64,000 nucleotides of DNA from Candidatus Xenobia bacterium. GTDB lineage: Bacteria; Vulcanimicrobiota; Xenobia; Xenobiales; QWHO01. Each line of letters opens with the position of its first letter. Within the stretch, counting starts at the first letter, position 1. The translations under genes and the position numbers were made by a program. Below, piece by piece: positions 1-9,672 of the stretch. The DNA is taken from the NCBI GenBank assembly GCA_045863235.1, contig BTUM01000010.1, positions 1-64,000 on the forward strand, in the 5' to 3' direction. The notes under the pieces were generated by a model. It did not search any database. It saw nothing but the letters and a program-made list of their open reading frames with translations, and was not told the origin of the DNA.

Positions 1-205
1 CCCTTCTCGATGGACAGCTTCTCGAACTGGCCCTTCTCGTTGGGGTTCTTCTCGGCCGGGCCCTTTTCGATGGACTGCTTCTCGAACTGACCCTTCTCGT
101 CGGGGTTCTTCTCGGCCGGGCCCTTTTCGATGCACTGCTTCTCGAACTGGCCCTTCTCGTTGGGATTCTTCTCAGCCGGGCCTTTCTCGATGGACTGCTT
201 CTCGA
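1..205. repeat. 60-bp tandem repeat (about 3.4 copies) encoding the 20-aa unit EKGPAEKNPNEKGQFEKQSI
   Basis: Lines 1-60, 61-120 and 121-180 are near-identical; partial fourth copy. Confidence 0.95.
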
Positions 206-704
206 CCGGCAGCTTGTCGCCCAGCTTCTCCTCGTGCCGCTTCTCGAAGCAACCCTTCTCCGCCGGATCCTTCTCCAGGCGCCCCTTCTCGTCGGGACCC
301 TTGTCTCCGAGCTTCTCGCTATCGCGCTTCTCGTGCAGGTGCTTCTCGTCACGGCACTTGTCGCCCAGCTTCTCGGGCTGATGCTTCTCGTGGTGGAGCT
401 TCTCGTCACGCTGCTTGTCGCCCAGCTTCTCCAGCGAGTCCTTCTCGCGACCCTTCTCGACGCGCTCTTTCTCGAACGAGCCCTTCTCCTGACGCTTCTC
501 GGCATGGTCCTTCTCGCAGAAGAGCTTCTCGGTCCCCTTCTCCTGGCACAGCTTCTCCAGTCGCTTGGCCACCTCGTCGGGCTTATCGAAGCCGGGCTCT
601 GCAGCGGGAAGCGGCCCCGAGAGCGTCCCCGGCTCGGACTTGCGGATGACGTCGCCCACCGGGCGGTTGGGGCGGAACTCGGAGTTGATGAAGAGGTCGG
701 ACAT
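3..704 (-). CDS. xxxEK pentapeptide-repeat protein, runs off the window start (not in the ORF track)
   Basis: Manual translation from ATG at 704, preceded by AGGAGG: MSDLFINSEFRPNRPVGDVIRKSEPG...KRLEKLCQEKGTEKLFCEKDHAEK...EKGPAEKNPNEKGQFEKQSIEK; no stop before position 1. Confidence 0.85.
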   Translation of the reverse strand, partial: MSDLFINSEFRPNRPVGDVIRKSEPGTLSGPLPAAEPGFDKPDEVAKRLEKLCQEKGTEKLFCEKDHAEKRQEKGSFEKERVEKGREKDSLEKLGDKQRDEKLHHEKHQPEKLGDKCRDEKHLHEKRDSEKLGDKGPDEKGRLEKDPAEKGCFEKRHEEKLGDKLPVEKQSIEKGPAEKNPNEKGQFEKQCIEKGPAEKNPDEKGQFEKQSIEKGPAEKNPNEKGQFEKLSIEK

Positions 705-923
705 TGGTGGGAGCCCTCCTGCGCTGTTCGTTGAGTGCAATTTCCCACCGACCTCACCTCCGACTAGGGAAGAAAGTTACAGGGATGCTAGCGTTTCATT
801 GACGACATGTAAATTCTACTTTTGTTGCCTATTTATGTTGAGTTGTTACCGTTCTGTAATCGACAGTTTCTAGTGTCTGCTTTCCATGAGCTTTGAGGCT
901 CCTTTCAGCGGGCCACGCTATGA

Positions 924-2966
924 ATGGTAGCAGTGGAAGTCCGATCCTCGCTCCTGAACCGAACCCTGCGCGGCGGCCTGCGGCCCGACCTGGCCAGCCG
1001 GCCCCTGCCTTCCGATCCCCAAGAGCGCGCCTACGTCGAGCGCCTCCAGGAGCCATTGCGGCAAGGCGCTTTCGTGGACAGCTGGAATGTCGGGCTCAGC
1101 ACCGGCGAGATGAGCGCCCTCACGGCTCCCTGGCTGGCAGCCACAGTCGCATCGGTGGCAACTCTGGGGCTGACATCGATGGCAACGATACCCTGGCTGG
1201 CGGCTCAGACCAACCTGGGGTTCCTGCCATCCCTTGGGGTCTTGTTCGGAGGCATCGCGGCCGGATCGGTCGTGGGCGCGGCTGTGGGCGCAGGAGCCTA
1301 TGCCGTTACAGCCTGCCTGACCCACTCCATTCTACGCCACCGACGCGAGCAGGCAGCCGAGAAGGCGTTGCAGGCCAGGCTCCCCAACCCGAACGAGCGA
1401 GCCGAAGTCGTTCGTGCGGCCCTGGACCATCCGGGCAGCCTGGCCGGAGGGCTGCTGGGGATGGCCCTGGGTCCCTTCACCACCGGCCCCTCGGGGAGCG
1501 CCTTCGCCCACAATGATCTCACCAGCGATCAGTGGCGCAAGCGCCTGGGCGCGGCTGCCAGTTTCCCATTCTTGACCACGGTGGGGCTCGGCTTTGGAAT
1601 GTTCTTCAGCCCCATCACGGGCTACATGCTCGGACACTCCGAAGGCGTGCGACCCCAGCTCGCCACGGCTGCCGGCGTGGCAGCCGGAATCGGGCTGGGG
1701 GTGAGCGCAACCCTGGCGGCCGGGGGCCATCCCGTCCTGGCCGGACTGGCAGGATGGTTGGGCGGCAGCCTGGGGGGCTCGGTCGCATCCGCTGCCTGGT
1801 CGCCCCTGGTCAACCCGGACGTGAGCCTGGTGCGGTCCTGGCAGGCCGAGCTGGGATCCTCGACGGAGGGCCGCGAGAACCTGATACGCCTGGCCACCGG
1901 CCTGGAGATGACCGGTGAAGAGCACGCCGGAGCCAACCGCCTGCTCAAGAGCCTGAGCCGCGAGGAGCGCGGGCTCCTGCTCAAGACCGTGGCGGACGAT
2001 CCGCGGGTAGGAGCGAGCATGCTGGAGTGGGATGGCGCCCACCGCGCCAACCCCGAGCTGGCCCGTCTGGAACCGTGGCGCAAGGCGCTGGGCAAGACCG
2101 ACCTGACTCTGAGCAGCCCCCACGTCAGCCAGGCCATCTGGGCGCTGTGCCACGTGCCGGAGGCCACCGCGCTGGTGCGCGACCTCAAGGATGAAGATCG
2201 AGGACGCCTGCTGGCCCACCTGGCCAGCAGTTGGGTGGACGACCACGCAGCCCGGGCCCAGATACGAGACATCGCCCGCTCCTGGCTCCTGGGAGCCGGG
2301 AAGCTGGTCCTGCAACAGGGCCCCGCGCGAGCGGTGGCCGAGACCGAGACGCGCGTGACGGTGGGCGGCGTAAGCGTGCGCCGCCGCGCGCCCGCCCGTC
2401 TTTCGGCTCAAGAAGCCCTCCAGCAGATGGAGAAGGATGCCCCGGTGCACTTCATGCAGGCCGAAACCGGAACCAGGGCCCTGGACCAACTCGCCCCTGA
2501 GAACGAAGCCGCGCGGTTGGCCCTGGTAGGGGTGAGGGTGGGCCAGAGCGAGCACTTCAAGGCCAGCCTCTGCAAGCTCGCCCTCCAGTCGCTCGAGCGG
2601 GGCGAGGAGTCGCCCTACCGGATGGCCCGTCACCTGGCCGAGGACACGAGCTTCTACTACAGCCGCGAGGGGCACGAAGCCCTGTTCGCGATGCTGAGCC
2701 TCTTGCAACAGCAGTCCGGCCCCGAGGGCGCCGAGCTGCTCGACCGCACCCTCGACAAGCTCGATGGCCAGCTGGGCAAGAACGCTCTGGCCGACCAGAA
2801 GCTGGTAACGGGGGCCCTGGACAAGCTGGTGGGCCTGACCACCGACCGCGAGGCCCTCACTCGGATGCGGTCCAATCTGGTGGAGCCAGAGGGTGCTGCC
2901 CTGAAGGAGAGCGGGAACCGCCTGATCGTGGGCGGGGTGGCCGTCAAGATTCGGCGGCCTTCCTGA
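924..2966 (+). CDS. Hypothetical protein with Gly/Ala-rich hydrophobic segments and two copies of a VGGV-basic motif
   Basis: 680-aa ORF; glycine-zipper-like segments (GIAAGSVVGAAVGAG; LAGWLGGSLGGS); RVTVGGVSVRRR internally and RLIVGGVAVKIRR at the C-terminus. Confidence 0.8.
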   Translation: MVAVEVRSSLLNRTLRGGLRPDLASRPLPSDPQERAYVERLQEPLRQGAFVDSWNVGLSTGEMSALTAPWLAATVASVATLGLTSMATIPWLAAQTNLGFLPSLGVLFGGIAAGSVVGAAVGAGAYAVTACLTHSILRHRREQAAEKALQARLPNPNERAEVVRAALDHPGSLAGGLLGMALGPFTTGPSGSAFAHNDLTSDQWRKRLGAAASFPFLTTVGLGFGMFFSPITGYMLGHSEGVRPQLATAAGVAAGIGLGVSATLAAGGHPVLAGLAGWLGGSLGGSVASAAWSPLVNPDVSLVRSWQAELGSSTEGRENLIRLATGLEMTGEEHAGANRLLKSLSREERGLLLKTVADDPRVGASMLEWDGAHRANPELARLEPWRKALGKTDLTLSSPHVSQAIWALCHVPEATALVRDLKDEDRGRLLAHLASSWVDDHAARAQIRDIARSWLLGAGKLVLQQGPARAVAETETRVTVGGVSVRRRAPARLSAQEALQQMEKDAPVHFMQAETGTRALDQLAPENEAARLALVGVRVGQSEHFKASLCKLALQSLERGEESPYRMARHLAEDTSFYYSREGHEALFAMLSLLQQQSGPEGAELLDRTLDKLDGQLGKNALADQKLVTGALDKLVGLTTDREALTRMRSNLVEPEGAALKESGNRLIVGGVAVKIRRPS

Positions 2967-2987
2967 CTGCGGGGAAACCGGGTCGGC

Positions 2988-3380
2988 ATGAAGTCGCGCG
3001 GTCGAGGATGGCCGGCTCTCACGCTGGTGCTGATCGGCGCAGCCCCTTTCGGAGTGCTGGACAGGTGGCCTTCGGAAGCGCGGCCCGGGCCGGCTATGGT
3101 CTAGGCCTGGTCCGATCGCAAGTATCGAAGACATTTCGCCATGCGGGTCCTCCCCCGGGCCGAGTCGCTGGCCCTGGCGGTTCGACAACTCGGCACCGAG
3201 CTCGAGCAGGGCTCCGTCAACGAGCCTGACTTCATGAAACGAAGCCGAAAGCTCACGGGTGAGCTGAGCGACCTGTACGATACGACGACCAGCTGGAGCG
3301 CACCCACTCGGGCCGAACGCCGCGAAGCAGGTCATCTCCTTGAATCGAACAGATTTCCGCGTAAACGTTCGTACCGGTGA
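2988..3380 (+). pseudogene. Possible decayed gene with in-frame TAG
   Basis: ATG 2988 with hydrophobic N-terminus (MKSRGRGWPALTLVLIGAAP); TAG at 3102-3104; the same frame continues into ORF 3141-3380. Confidence 0.35.
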
Positions 3381-3389
3381 CTCTCGAAA

Positions 3390-3430
3390 CGAACACCTGT
3401 TCGTCCCCGCGGGGGACAAACAGGTGTTCG
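3390..3430. repeat. REP-like palindrome, copy 1
   Basis: CGAACACCTGT-TC-GTCCCC-GCG-GGGGAC-AA-ACAGGTGTTCG forms an imperfect hairpin. Confidence 0.85.
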
Positions 3431-3651
3431 GTAGCCCTGTATACGAAATTGGCCCGCCGGAGACTCTTGAGCCGCACGAGGAATCTTCGCGCACTGTTCT
3501 CAACGCTGACTCTGCGAGCAGCAAATTCTGCGATGGGGACTCACGAATCGAGCAGGTGGCGCTGGACAGATCCGGAACTGGCTGTTCCCAGACCTACGGG
3601 ACGCCCGGCTCAGGGATTCCGCCAGGCTGACCAGCCCGCAACGCGAAAACA

Positions 3652-3688
3652 AACACCAGTTCGTCCCCGCGGGGGACAAACTGGTGTT
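3652..3688. repeat. REP-like palindrome, copy 2
   Basis: AACACCAGT-TC-GTCCCC-GCG-GGGGAC-AA-ACTGGTGTT; compensatory change relative to copy 1. Confidence 0.85.
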
Positions 3689-3721
3689 CCCAAGCTATGA
3701 GCGACCGGGCCCGCATAGACA

Positions 3722-3860
3722 TTGAACCCGGAGTGGCCGCACTCCATCGACTTTCTGGCCGACCTGGTCCAGGACATTCCCAAAGCGAGACAGCAAACCG
3801 TCTCGTATCACGGCTGGTTCGCCAACGCCATGGGCCATCTCAGTCGCAAAGAGGAGAGCG
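3722..3860 (+). mobile_element. IS91-like (Y2) transposase C-terminal remnant
   Basis: IDFLADLVQDIPKARQQTVSYHGWFAN resembles the conserved (E/D)FLxRLxxHIP...VRYYGxxxN motif of IS91-family transposases. Confidence 0.55.
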
Positions 3861-3920
3861 TCGTCGAGAAGGCTCGTCGTGGGCCGGGTGCGCAGCGGGG
3901 CCCAGCAGCACTTCTGTGCT

Positions 3921-4316
3921 TCAGGCCGCCCAGAGTCGGCTGGTCTCGAGCTTGTGCTCGTTCACCTTGCTCTCCACCTCTGTCAGCATGTCCTCGGCCT
4001 GGTAGACCAGCAGCAGAGCCTCCTGCAAGCGCTCCTCCCGATGGTCGACGAGGTACTCCAGCAGGTGCTCGAGACAGCGGTAGTAGGCGTCCAAAGCTTG
4101 GCGGAGCCCCTCCTGGAGCGCATCGGCCCGCAGATGCGAGTGGGTGTCCTCGAGCCAGTCCAGCACCGAGCAGATGGCCTGGCGGAGCGTCTCGGAGTGC
4201 CGGCGAGCGCGTTTCACGGCCTGGATCAGGCCCAGCGCGATCTCCTTCACGATTGGATCCGGCCCCAGTCGATCGGCCCCAGGTTCCAGCAAAAGGGCGT
4301 GTGCCGGTCGCTCCAC
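3921..4316 (-). CDS. Hypothetical helical protein
   Basis: 131-aa ORF with ordinary composition; no recognised family. Confidence 0.5.
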   Translation of the reverse strand: MERPAHALLLEPGADRLGPDPIVKEIALGLIQAVKRARRHSETLRQAICSVLDWLEDTHSHLRADALQEGLRQALDAYYRCLEHLLEYLVDHREERLQEALLLVYQAEDMLTEVESKVNEHKLETSRLWAA

Positions 4317-4742
4317 TCCCAGGTGAGCGTATCACTGGTGCGCGTGTCGGTGCTGCCGTCGCGGTTTACCTCGGTCACCGTCAGCTGGTCGCCGTCATAG
4401 CGCATGCGGGTGGGGTTGCCCCACTCCGCGTCGGGGGGATGCACGCCCTCGAGCAGGCGTCGTTCGTAGGCTTTGAGGAAGGGATACCAAGATGCCCCGA
4501 TGATGCGCACAGGGCGGCTGCCCGTCGCGCGAGCGATGCGAGAGCACTTTGCTGGCCGCACCATCTACCGCCCGGCGACGTTCCTGTGTGCGATTGCGAC
4601 TGACAACCCCCGCTGTGGACTCAACGGGGATCAACCAGTACAATCCCAACTTCCGTATGATCCTGACTTCGGGTCAGAAGATTCTTGGGCTAATCGGTTT
4701 GAATGAGGTTGCTGGCTGGAGCGTCATCGAAGCCTTTACGGA

Positions 4743-5200
4743 TCAAGCCCCAGGAAGGTTCAATTCCCCTTCTGAATCTCCGCGATCATCCCCCGGAGGC
4801 TGCCGTCGGCCCTGGATGTCATCGATCTTCCAATGCCCGTTGCTCTGGATCAACATGACCCGGTGTGGGAGGACGACGCTCGCCTCGGGGCGCGGGTCCC
4901 GCCCGACGCGCGTGTAGACGATGACCGTGGCTTTGTCCTGCTCGACTTTCTGCTCGCCGACTTGAAAGCTGAGGAACTTCTCCTGGCCGCCCACGAACGG
5001 GTCGCAGTCGATGGGGGGCGCTCCCTGCTTGACCGTCTGGTCCATCACGAGCAGCGGAAGCAGCGCGTCATACAGCGAGGGGATCAGCTCGGCCTTCACG
5101 GATCCGCTGGTGCCGTTTCTGGGCCGCAGCAGCGGGCCGACCAAGATCACGTATCAACTGGGGCTCAAGAAGTAAGCTACCACCACGTCCCGGGGTCTTC
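4743..5200 (-). pseudogene. DUF3828/YbjP-like protein, 5' part interrupted
   Basis: IDCDPFVGGQE and WKIDDI motifs; the upstream in-frame segment DVVVAYFLSPS ends in TGA (5154-5156). Confidence 0.55.
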
Positions 5201-5262
5201 CGAGCTCTCCTGGACTCCGCCCGCGGCCTCCAGCGGGGGGCTCTATTCTCACGCTCCCGCCA

Positions 5263-5280
5263 GGGACAAACTGGTGTTCG
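5263..5280. repeat. Half copy of the REP-like palindrome
   Basis: GGGACAAACTGGTGTTCG matches the right arm of the 3.4-3.7 kb copies. Confidence 0.7.
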
Positions 5281-5332
5281 TAGGCCATGGGCGAAGCTTC
5301 CCTCGCATGGCGCTCACTCGTTCGCGACCTGG

Positions 5333-5815
5333 TCAGTCGACCTCCGGCAGCCGAGCCAGCTGGCCCAGACGTTCCACCGGCGAGCGCAGCACGCGACGGT
5401 TCTGCTGGGGGTTGGACACGGACGGGTCGGGCACCCACTCGAGGGTGCCGTGGTCCATGGCTCGCGCGATTCGCATACGGTTGGCCTGCGAGTTCTCCCC
5501 GAAGGCCAGGGCGGCGGCGTTGCTGATGGTGATCAGGTCCTCCATGGAGATCCACCAGCGCGAGCGCGATACCACGATGCCCAGGTCGGTCTGCCAGAAG
5601 TTCTCGGGCCAGCTCGCCCGGCTCTGGAGAGCGTTGCCGAGCAGCACCGACTGCACCCGTCGCAGCGCCTGCTCCGCCTCCTCCACTCAAGAGTCGGTCC
5701 GGGTGAAGCGTGCGTTGGCGACCTGCACGAGCAGGCCCAGGTCGCTGCGCAGTTCTTCTGTTGCAAGCCGCTCGGCGTGCAGTTTGACGAGCGCGACGGT
5801 ATCGAGCTGCTTCAT
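5333..5815 (-). pseudogene. Hypothetical gene split by an in-frame TGA
   Basis: MKQLDTVALVKLHAE...RFTRTDS*VEEAEQALRR...; TGA at 5687-5689, same frame on both sides. Confidence 0.5.
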
Positions 5816-5933
5816 GCACACGCCAGATGGCTGCGGGGCAAGCGCCTTGAACTCACCCGGGACCTGGCTCAGCGCACTCGGACGCCCGACACCGACCGGC
5901 AGGCCCGGGACCGATCCGGCCGAATCAGCCCGG

Positions 5934-6698
5934 GTGAATCCCGTGCGCCTGGAAAAGTCGGGGCCGGTCTGGACGGTCATCCTGGACCGTCCAGAGGCCC
6001 GCAACGCAGTCGACCGCACCAGCGCCGACCGACTGGCGGCGGCCTTCCGGGCCTTCGAGCACGAGCCCACGGCCCGGGCGGCGGTGCTCTGGGGGGCAGG
6101 GGGGCACTTCTCGGCGGGAGCCGACCTCAAGGCGGTGGCCGAAGAGCGGGGCAATCGCCTCGAGGAAGAGGGCGACGGCCCTCTCGGACCCACCCGCATG
6201 CAACTCACCAAGCCGGTCATCGCCGCCATCGAGGGGTACGCCGTGGCGGGCGGGCTGGAGCTGGCCCTCTGGTGCGACCTGCGGGTGGCCTCCAGCGAGG
6301 CGGTGCTGGGCGTGTTCTGTCGGCGCTTCAACGTGCCGTTGATCGACGGGGGCACGGTGCGCCTGCCCCGGCTGATCGGGCTGTCGCGGGCACTGGACAT
6401 GATTCTCACCGGCCGGGCGGTCAAGGCGGACGAGGCGCTCGGGTTCGGGCTGGTCAACCGGGTGGTGCCTCCCGGGCAGGCGCGAGCGGCCGCCGAGCGA
6501 CTGGCGATGGAGCTGGCCAGCCTGCCCCAGGAGTGCCTGCAGGCCGATCGGCGCTCGGCTCATCGCCAGTTCGACCTGAGCCTGGACGAGGCGCTCAAAG
6601 CCGAGTTCCGAGGCGGCACCGAGGCCTTCCGCCAGGGCGGCACCGAGGGCGCCCGGCGCTTCCTGCAGGGGGAAGGGCGGGGAGGGCATCCGCTGTGA
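5934..6698 (+). CDS. Enoyl-CoA hydratase/isomerase (crotonase family)
   Basis: LDRPEARNAV, FSAGADLK, KPVIAAIEGYAVAGGLELALWCDLRVA; GTG start inferred at 5934. Confidence 0.92.
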   Translation: MNPVRLEKSGPVWTVILDRPEARNAVDRTSADRLAAAFRAFEHEPTARAAVLWGAGGHFSAGADLKAVAEERGNRLEEEGDGPLGPTRMQLTKPVIAAIEGYAVAGGLELALWCDLRVASSEAVLGVFCRRFNVPLIDGGTVRLPRLIGLSRALDMILTGRAVKADEALGFGLVNRVVPPGQARAAAERLAMELASLPQECLQADRRSAHRQFDLSLDEALKAEFRGGTEAFRQGGTEGARRFLQGEGRGGHPL

Positions 6699-6882
6699 TT
6701 CCGACTTCGAACATGCGGCGAGCTGCCGGCCCGATGCACCTTTCGGCTATCCCCCCCGCGCACCGGCGCAGCGTGCACGCAGCCCCGGCTTACCTCGCGG
6801 GCCAGCCACCCACGGCTCACCCTGTGCGCGGACACGCCCGCAGCTTGTCTGCGCACGCGCAGCCGGCCCACGCGGGCTCGCC

Positions 6883-8061
6883 GTGAACTTCGACCCCCTG
6901 CTCCCCGAGCTGTGCCAGCAGGTCCGGCGCTTCGTGCAAGAGCAGATCCAGCCGCTCGAGCGCGACTTCGACGAGACCAGGTTCCGCCAGCTGCTCCCCC
7001 CCCTCGAGGCGGTCCGCGCTCAGGTCAAACAAGAGGGCTGGTGGGCCCCTCCCCTACCCCGCGAGCTGGGCGGGATGGGCCTGACGCTGCTCGAGTTCGC
7101 CCACCTCAGCGAAGAGCTGGGGCGAAGCCCGCTGGGGCACTACTGCTTCAACTGCCAGGCACCCGACATCGGCACGATGGAGCTTTTGCTCAGCCACGCC
7201 AGCGAGCCGCAAAAGGAGCGCTACCTGCTCGCGCTGGCGAAAGGCGAGCAGCGCAGCTGCTTTTGCATGACCGAGCCCGACTACCCCGGCTCCAACCCGG
7301 TCTGGATGGGCACCACGGCCCGGGAAGAGCCCGACGGATGGGTGCTGAACGGACGCAAGTGGTTCGCCACCGGAGCCGACGGGGCCAGCATCGCGCTGGT
7401 GATGGCCCTGACCGACCCCGAGCATCCCGAGCCTCACAAACGCGCCAGCCTGTTCCTCTTCCCCACCGACACGCCAGGCTTCCTCAACCTGCGCAACCTG
7501 CCCGTCATGGGCCCCCCCGGCGAGGACTGGCCCAGTCACTCGGAGATCGAGCTGCGCGACTGCAAGATCACCCGGGACGCTCTGCTGGGCAAGCCTGGCG
7601 AGGGATTCCGGCTGGCTCAGGAGCGCCTTGGACCGGGGAGGATCCACCACACCATGCGCTGGATCGGCATCGCCGAGCGGGCCTTCGAGCTGATGGCCAA
7701 CCGGGCCAGGCAGCGCGAGCTGAAGCCCGGGCAGCCGCTGGCCGAGCAGCCGGTGGTGCAGGGGTGGATCGCCGACTCGCGGGCCGAGATCGACGCTGCC
7801 CGCCTGCTCGTGCTGCGCGCCGCCTGGCGCATCGACCGCGAGGGAGCGGCCGCGGCCCGGGACGACATCGCCCTGATCAAGTTTCACACCGCCGCCATGC
7901 TGCAGCGGGTGCTCGACCGGGCGGTGCAGGCTCACGGAGGACTGGGCCTGCTCGATGAGACGCCGCTGGCCTTCTGGTATCGCAACGAGCGGGCCGCGCG
8001 CATCTACGACGGGGCCGATGAGGTGCACAAGAGCTCGGTGGGTCGCCGCCTGCTGCGATGA
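6883..8061 (+). CDS. Acyl-CoA dehydrogenase (ACAD10/11-like)
   Basis: FNCQAPDIG, CFCMTEP, LNGRKWF, AQERLGPGRIHH, RIYDGADEVH. Confidence 0.93.
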   Translation: MNFDPLLPELCQQVRRFVQEQIQPLERDFDETRFRQLLPPLEAVRAQVKQEGWWAPPLPRELGGMGLTLLEFAHLSEELGRSPLGHYCFNCQAPDIGTMELLLSHASEPQKERYLLALAKGEQRSCFCMTEPDYPGSNPVWMGTTAREEPDGWVLNGRKWFATGADGASIALVMALTDPEHPEPHKRASLFLFPTDTPGFLNLRNLPVMGPPGEDWPSHSEIELRDCKITRDALLGKPGEGFRLAQERLGPGRIHHTMRWIGIAERAFELMANRARQRELKPGQPLAEQPVVQGWIADSRAEIDAARLLVLRAAWRIDREGAAAARDDIALIKFHTAAMLQRVLDRAVQAHGGLGLLDETPLAFWYRNERAARIYDGADEVHKSSVGRRLLR

Positions 8062-9065
8062 GTCTGGACCGACCGCGCCCCGTTCGAGCCGGGGAAGAGC
8101 TCGATCTCGAGAAGCTGGCCGAGTGCCTGGGGATCGGGCCGCTGACAGCCGAGCAGTTCCCGGGGGGCTACTCCAATCTCACCTACCTGATCAGGAGCCT
8201 CCACGAGGAGTGGGTTCTGCGCCGACCGCCCCGAGGGGCCAACATCAAGACGGCCCACGACATGGAGCGCGAGTTCCGCCTGCTCAGCCTGATCTACCCG
8301 GTGTGGCCCAGAGTGCCCCGGCCCATCCGCATGGTGACCGACGAGAGCGTGCTGGGGGCGCCGTTCTTCCTGATGGAGCGGGTACGGGGGATGGTCCTGC
8401 GCGGTCCCGGCCAGCCCCCCGAGGTGATGAAGAGCCTTTCCGAGCAGGTGGTAGACCTGCTCAGCGAGCTCCACTCCCTGGCGATCGAGGGCCTGCCGGG
8501 CAAGCCGGAGGGCTACGTGGAGCGCCAGGTGAGCGGTTGGAGCGAGCGCTATCGCAGAGCCGCCACCGACAGCCACGAGCTGGCCGAGCCGGTGATGGAG
8601 TGGCTGGCGCAGAACCAGCCTCCTCAGAGCGGGGCGGCCCTGATCCACAACGACTTCAAGTACGACAACCTGGTGCTCGACCCCGACGATCCCACCCGGG
8701 TGCTCGCGGTGCTGGACTGGGAGATGGCCACGCTGGGGGATCCGCTGATGGATCTGGGCACCACGCTGGGCTACTGGATCGACCCTGACGATCCGCCCGA
8801 GCTGCGGGCCTTCGGCTTCGGGCCCACCTATCTGCCCGGCAACCTCAACCGACAGCAGCTGATCCAGCGCTACGAGAACGCAACCCGAAGGCAGTGGAGG
8901 CCGTTCTACCTGGTCTTCGGGCTCTTCAAGATCGCCGTGATCGCCCAGCAGATTTACGCCCGCTACCGCCAGGGGCTTACCCGGGACAACCGCTTTGCGG
9001 CTCTGGGGCAGGCGGTTCAGCTTCTCTTGCAGCGCGCTGACGTTGAATCTCGCCGCCCACGATGA
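8058..9065 (+). CDS. Phosphotransferase family protein (APH-like)
   Basis: GGYSNLTY, AHDMERE, IHNDFKYDN, VLDWEMATLGDP; ATGA overlap with the upstream gene. Confidence 0.92.
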   Translation: MSLDRPRPVRAGEELDLEKLAECLGIGPLTAEQFPGGYSNLTYLIRSLHEEWVLRRPPRGANIKTAHDMEREFRLLSLIYPVWPRVPRPIRMVTDESVLGAPFFLMERVRGMVLRGPGQPPEVMKSLSEQVVDLLSELHSLAIEGLPGKPEGYVERQVSGWSERYRRAATDSHELAEPVMEWLAQNQPPQSGAALIHNDFKYDNLVLDPDDPTRVLAVLDWEMATLGDPLMDLGTTLGYWIDPDDPPELRAFGFGPTYLPGNLNRQQLIQRYENATRRQWRPFYLVFGLFKIAVIAQQIYARYRQGLTRDNRFAALGQAVQLLLQRADVESRRPR

Positions 9066-9672
9066 GGTGATCGCCCAGCTTGCCGGCTCTGCCGTTGCCG
9101 CGCAGCGACTCCTGGAGCAACTCGAGGTCGTCGGGGAAGTTGGAGAGCTTGCCCATTGCCCGCGAGACCGAATTGAGGCGGTCTTCCAGGGTGGCCCGCA
9201 CGTCGGGGGTGCGCACCATCAGGTCGCCCTCCCCCACCGCCCAGGCGGCATCGGGGTGGATGGAATAGGCCGGGGCCACCGAGCCGAAGATCGACTCCGC
9301 CACCGCCCGCAGCTCCTTTTCGGGACGCTCGCCCTGGCGGGCATGCTTTTGCACCGGGCCCATCAGGCGGTAGCCGAACTGGGCCGGAGAGGCGGTGGGA
9401 TTCTGGTGCAGCTCTTTGAGGGCGGTGATGGCGATGGCCGCCGCCAGCGGTCCTGTGCCGGCCGCGGCCAGGGCCCTGGAGGCGATGCTGCCCAGGCGCT
9501 TGAGGTTGCCCGAGGGCATGCGCGAGAGCTGCTCCAGGCCGATTTGAGCCAGCGACACACTGTCCTCGGGCCCGATGTGGGGCAGGGCGGAGTTGACCTG
9601 GGCCAGCATGGTCCGGGCGGCCGTCTCGAACGGCGGCGCGGGGCGAGAAGATGCGGGGATGGGGGCAAGCAT
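8977..9672 (-). CDS. Hypothetical helical protein with an LIVGG tail, resembling the C-terminal half of 924-2966
   Basis: ATG 9672 coupled to the upstream TGA; GDHLIVGG near the C-terminus; 3' end overlaps the convergent gene. Confidence 0.65.
   Translation of the reverse strand: MLAPIPASSRPAPPFETAARTMLAQVNSALPHIGPEDSVSLAQIGLEQLSRMPSGNLKRLGSIASRALAAAGTGPLAAAIAITALKELHQNPTASPAQFGYRLMGPVQKHARQGERPEKELRAVAESIFGSVAPAYSIHPDAAWAVGEGDLMVRTPDVRATLEDRLNSVSRAMGKLSNFPDDLELLQESLRGNGRAGKLGDHLIVGGEIQRQRAAREAEPPAPEPQSGCPG

Noticed and set aside
1..205. Tandem repeat as a possible CRISPR array
   Set aside because: No unique spacers; the 60-bp period is in-frame coding; no cas genes
130..734. Plus-strand Ser/Phe-rich and Leu-rich ORFs
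   Set aside because: Antisense readings of the EK-repeat gene, which has the RBS
1332..3524. 730-aa minus-strand ORF (also 11363-14245, 23771-25939, 35571-37541)
   Set aside because: Antisense to better-supported genes and without motifs
3390..3688. Hairpins as integron attC sites or CRISPR repeats
   Set aside because: Only about 40 bp long, no integrase, no cassette array, only two full copies
5154..5689. TGA recoding (Trp, Gly or Sec)
   Set aside because: TGA terminates many intact genes in the window; pseudogenisation is simpler
4833..5933. Long N-terminal extension of the enoyl-CoA hydratase ORF
   Set aside because: Overlaps minus-strand genes; crotonase similarity begins only near 5934
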